This document shows positions 61,439-64,000 of a stretch of 64,000 bases of DNA, piece by piece. Under the pieces are notes generated by a model that did not search any database, was not told where the DNA came from, and saw nothing but the letters and a program-made list of their open reading frames with translations. The translations under genes and the position numbers were made by a program. The stretch is from contig JAPDFW010000128.1 in assembly GCA_028826165.1 (NCBI GenBank), forward strand, positions 85,220-149,219. The letters are read 5' to 3'. Source of the DNA: Anaeramoeba ignava BMAN (Eukaryota; Protista; Anaeramoebae). How positions within the stretch are numbered: the first letter of the stretch is position 1; each line of letters begins with the position of its first letter.

Positions 61439-62079
61439 TTGTTTTTAATTTTATTTATAATTTTGATTTGTTTTCGTTTTTATTTTTATTTTATTTTTGA
61501 TAATTGAAAAAATAATAAATCAAATAAAGAAAATATATTTAAAAGAAAAAAGAAAAAAATAGAAAAATTTAATTTTGAAAAATATTTTTAAAAATCAAAA
61601 AATTAAAATAAAAAGTGGAACAAAATTTTCAAAATCAAAAAAATCAAAATCAAAATTAAAATCAAAATCAAAATTAAAATTTAAATAAATTGAAATAAAA
61701 AAATTTAATTAAAATTGAAATCAAAAAAAATCAAAAACAAAAAAAATTTTGAAATTTAAATTAAAATCAAAAATAAAAATCAAAAATTAAGCAAAATTTT
61801 TAAAATCAAAAATCAAAATTAAAATCAAAATCAAAATTAAAATTAAAATCAAAATTCAAATTTAAATAAATTGAAATAAAAAGTGGAACAAAAATTTTCA
61901 AAAAAAAAAAAGAAAAGAAAAAATCAAAAAAAATAAAAATCAAAAAAATCAAAATTAAAATCAAATCAAATAAAATCAAAATAAAAATAAAATAAAAATT
62001 TCAAATCAAAATCAAAATTAAAATCAAATCAAAATCAAATCAAAAAAATTAAAATCAAATCAAAAAATCTAAATCAAAA

Positions 62080-62643
62080 TCAAAATCAAATTTTCCTAAA
62101 TCAATTTTGAGTTTTAAAATAAAATAAAAACATGACCAATTTTTCAATTTCATCTAAAATACATTCTCTAATTAATAAATAATTAGAAAAATGTTTTTCA
62201 AAATCAAAATCAAAATCAAAATTTGTTTGAATTAATTCTAAAAAGAAGAAATTGTTCCAAGAAAAATCTATTCCCAATTTTAGATTTAAAACAAATATTT
62301 AAAATTATTCATTTGTAATTGATATTTATCTAAAAAAATAATTAAAAATTTCTTCATAAATAGATAAAAATTTTGATAAATTCCCTTCAAATTGTAACAT
62401 TAGTTTTCTTAATTCATAAAGTAAATTTTCTATTGATTTAATTTGATTTGAAATTAAATCGTTTTTAATATTTGAAAATCCTATTAAAATTCCATAACAT
62501 TTTCTTTAAAAAGTGATGTTCTTGAAGAAATATCAAGAATTTTTCAATAATAAGTTTTGAATAATCATTTACTTCTTTCCAATCTTCAAAAACTTGATTA
62601 ATTTTTTTATAAAAAGATTGAAATTTTTAAAATGTTTTTCCAT
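62080..62643 (-). CDS. Frame-broken small helical protein, possibly C1orf109/At5g43822-like
   Basis: Pieces MEKHFKNF / YKKINQVFEDWKE / ILDISSRTSLF / CYGILIGFSNIKNDLISNQIKSIENLLYELRKLM join if single bases are restored in homopolymer runs. Family resemblance is by eye only. Confidence 0.35.
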
Positions 62644-62902
62644 TTTTGAAAAGAAAATAAAAAGAAAAATGATTTTAATAAATTATTTGATTTAATTAGA
62701 AAAAGGGGGTTTTGATTTAAAAGGAAATTTTTAATTATTATTATTTAAGAAATAGAAAAAGAAGAAAGAAAATAAAATTTTTATTTGGAAAAATTATTTT
62801 ATTTTTCATTTTTCTTTTTCTTTTTCATTTTTAAAAACAAACAAATAATATTTTCACTTTTTGTGTTTTTAATTAATTAATTAATATTTTAAAAAAAAAA
62901 TA

Positions 62903-64000
62903 ATGACAAATATTCCAGATTTTCTTAATCCAAACAAAGAAAAAATCGAAAAAAATAACGAAATTGAAACAAATATTATTCAAACACCAAAATTGAACAA
63001 GAAAATGATTTTATTATTCCTATACCATCATTTGGAGAAGTTGAAAATAAATCAAATCAATCAAATAAATTAGAATCAAACAAAGAAAATCAAAATATAA
63101 AAGAAATTAAAAGTAAAATAATTAAAAATTAAAACAAAACAAAACAAAACAAAAGAAATAATAAAAATTTTTGTTTTTGCTTTTTCTTTTTAAAAATAAA
63201 TATATAAATATAAAAGAAAAGAAACAAAAGAAACTAATTATAATAAAATTTATCAAACAAAGAACCCAGAAATACAACCACAAATAACTTCAGGGAATTA
63301 TCAAAAGGTATTTATAATTTGTAATTCATTTATAAATTTAAAATTCATTTATAAAATTAAAATTATTTATAAAATTAAAAATTAAAATTAAAATTAAAAT
63401 TAAAATTAAAATTCATTTATTAAATTAAAATTAAAATTCATTTATAAATTAAAATTAAAATTGAAATTAAAATTCATTTATAGAAAAATAAAAATAAAAA
63501 TTAAAATTAAAATTAAAATTTTTAGATCTTTGATGATTTAAACCAATTAAAAAGAGCACATCTGTTCAAAGTAAAAACTTTGAAATTGAAAAGAAATCAA
63601 ACAATTAGATCAAAAATCGTACTTTTAATCAAAAATCGAATTACATTAAACGAAGTACAAATATCGAACATAGAAGATCAAGAAGAAAAAGTAATATCAA
63701 TAAAAGATGAGAGAGTAAGGATCAATACAGTGGATTATTCCATTTAATGTATCACATGCCTAAGTATAGCGACAGTAACAAGATATGTGAATCCCGGCGA
63801 ATGTGAAAAATTACTTCAAATTGTGATGTTTACAATTTATGGAAAATCATTATGATCAAAGAGAAGAAAAATTACTGCTTAATTTATTTTTGAACTTGCA
63901 CTTTATTCTGAGTTTAAAAATCTTGCACACATACTAATACTTATTGAGAGCAAAATAATTACAATTACAGAGTTATTTATTTATACCAGGAAGAGGTCCT
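62903..64000 (+). pseudogene. Frame-broken or degraded multi-exon gene of unknown function (runs off the window)
   Basis: ATG 62903 after a TCATTTT motif; MTNIPDFLNP... with a frameshift near 62990; GT-AG intron about 63309-63525; the following exon has in-frame stops. Confidence 0.35.

Noticed and set aside
63770-63810. GTGAATCCCGG resembling a tRNA T-arm
   Set aside because: No cloverleaf; it lies in coding-like sequence.

Overview
Gene-dense, extremely AT-rich eukaryotic nuclear DNA using the standard code, with GT-AG introns filled by microsatellites and Asn/Gln/Glu repeats in proteins. The style (BTB-adaptor expansions, an Inr-like TCA motif) suggests an Anaeramoeba-like metamonad protist; this is an inference, not a database match. 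About 25 protein genes: BIG/Sec7 ARF-GEF, SNX9-like SH3-PX-BAR, REEP/HVA22, CEP70-like, Cdc7, a homeobox gene, C2orf69-like, Kelch-BTB, a mitochondrial carrier, BTB-TLDc, mannose-6-phosphate isomerase, GINS Psf1, an ARM-repeat gene, ankyrin-BTB, three RCC1-BTB paralogs, a divergent actin, HMCES/SRAP, Raptor, two S10 serine carboxypeptidases, an ankyrin-RGS gene and two frame-broken genes. The most notable items are absent from the ORF track: (1) an intergenic box C/D snoRNA whose guide fits LSU Cm2959 (snR73/U35 type); (2) a single-hairpin AGA-box H/ACA-like RNA with a CAB-like loop, predicted to target U2 snRNA; (3) a T(n)CAT(n) Inr-like element in front of nearly every gene and both RNAs; (4) a 4-nt microexon next to the catalytic His in both carboxypeptidases; (5) frequent AAG acceptors; (6) a 14-copy, nucleosome-length AT satellite; (7) an A-to-T switch at synonymous sites along exons. 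Exon structures were inferred by hand and need RNA-seq confirmation.
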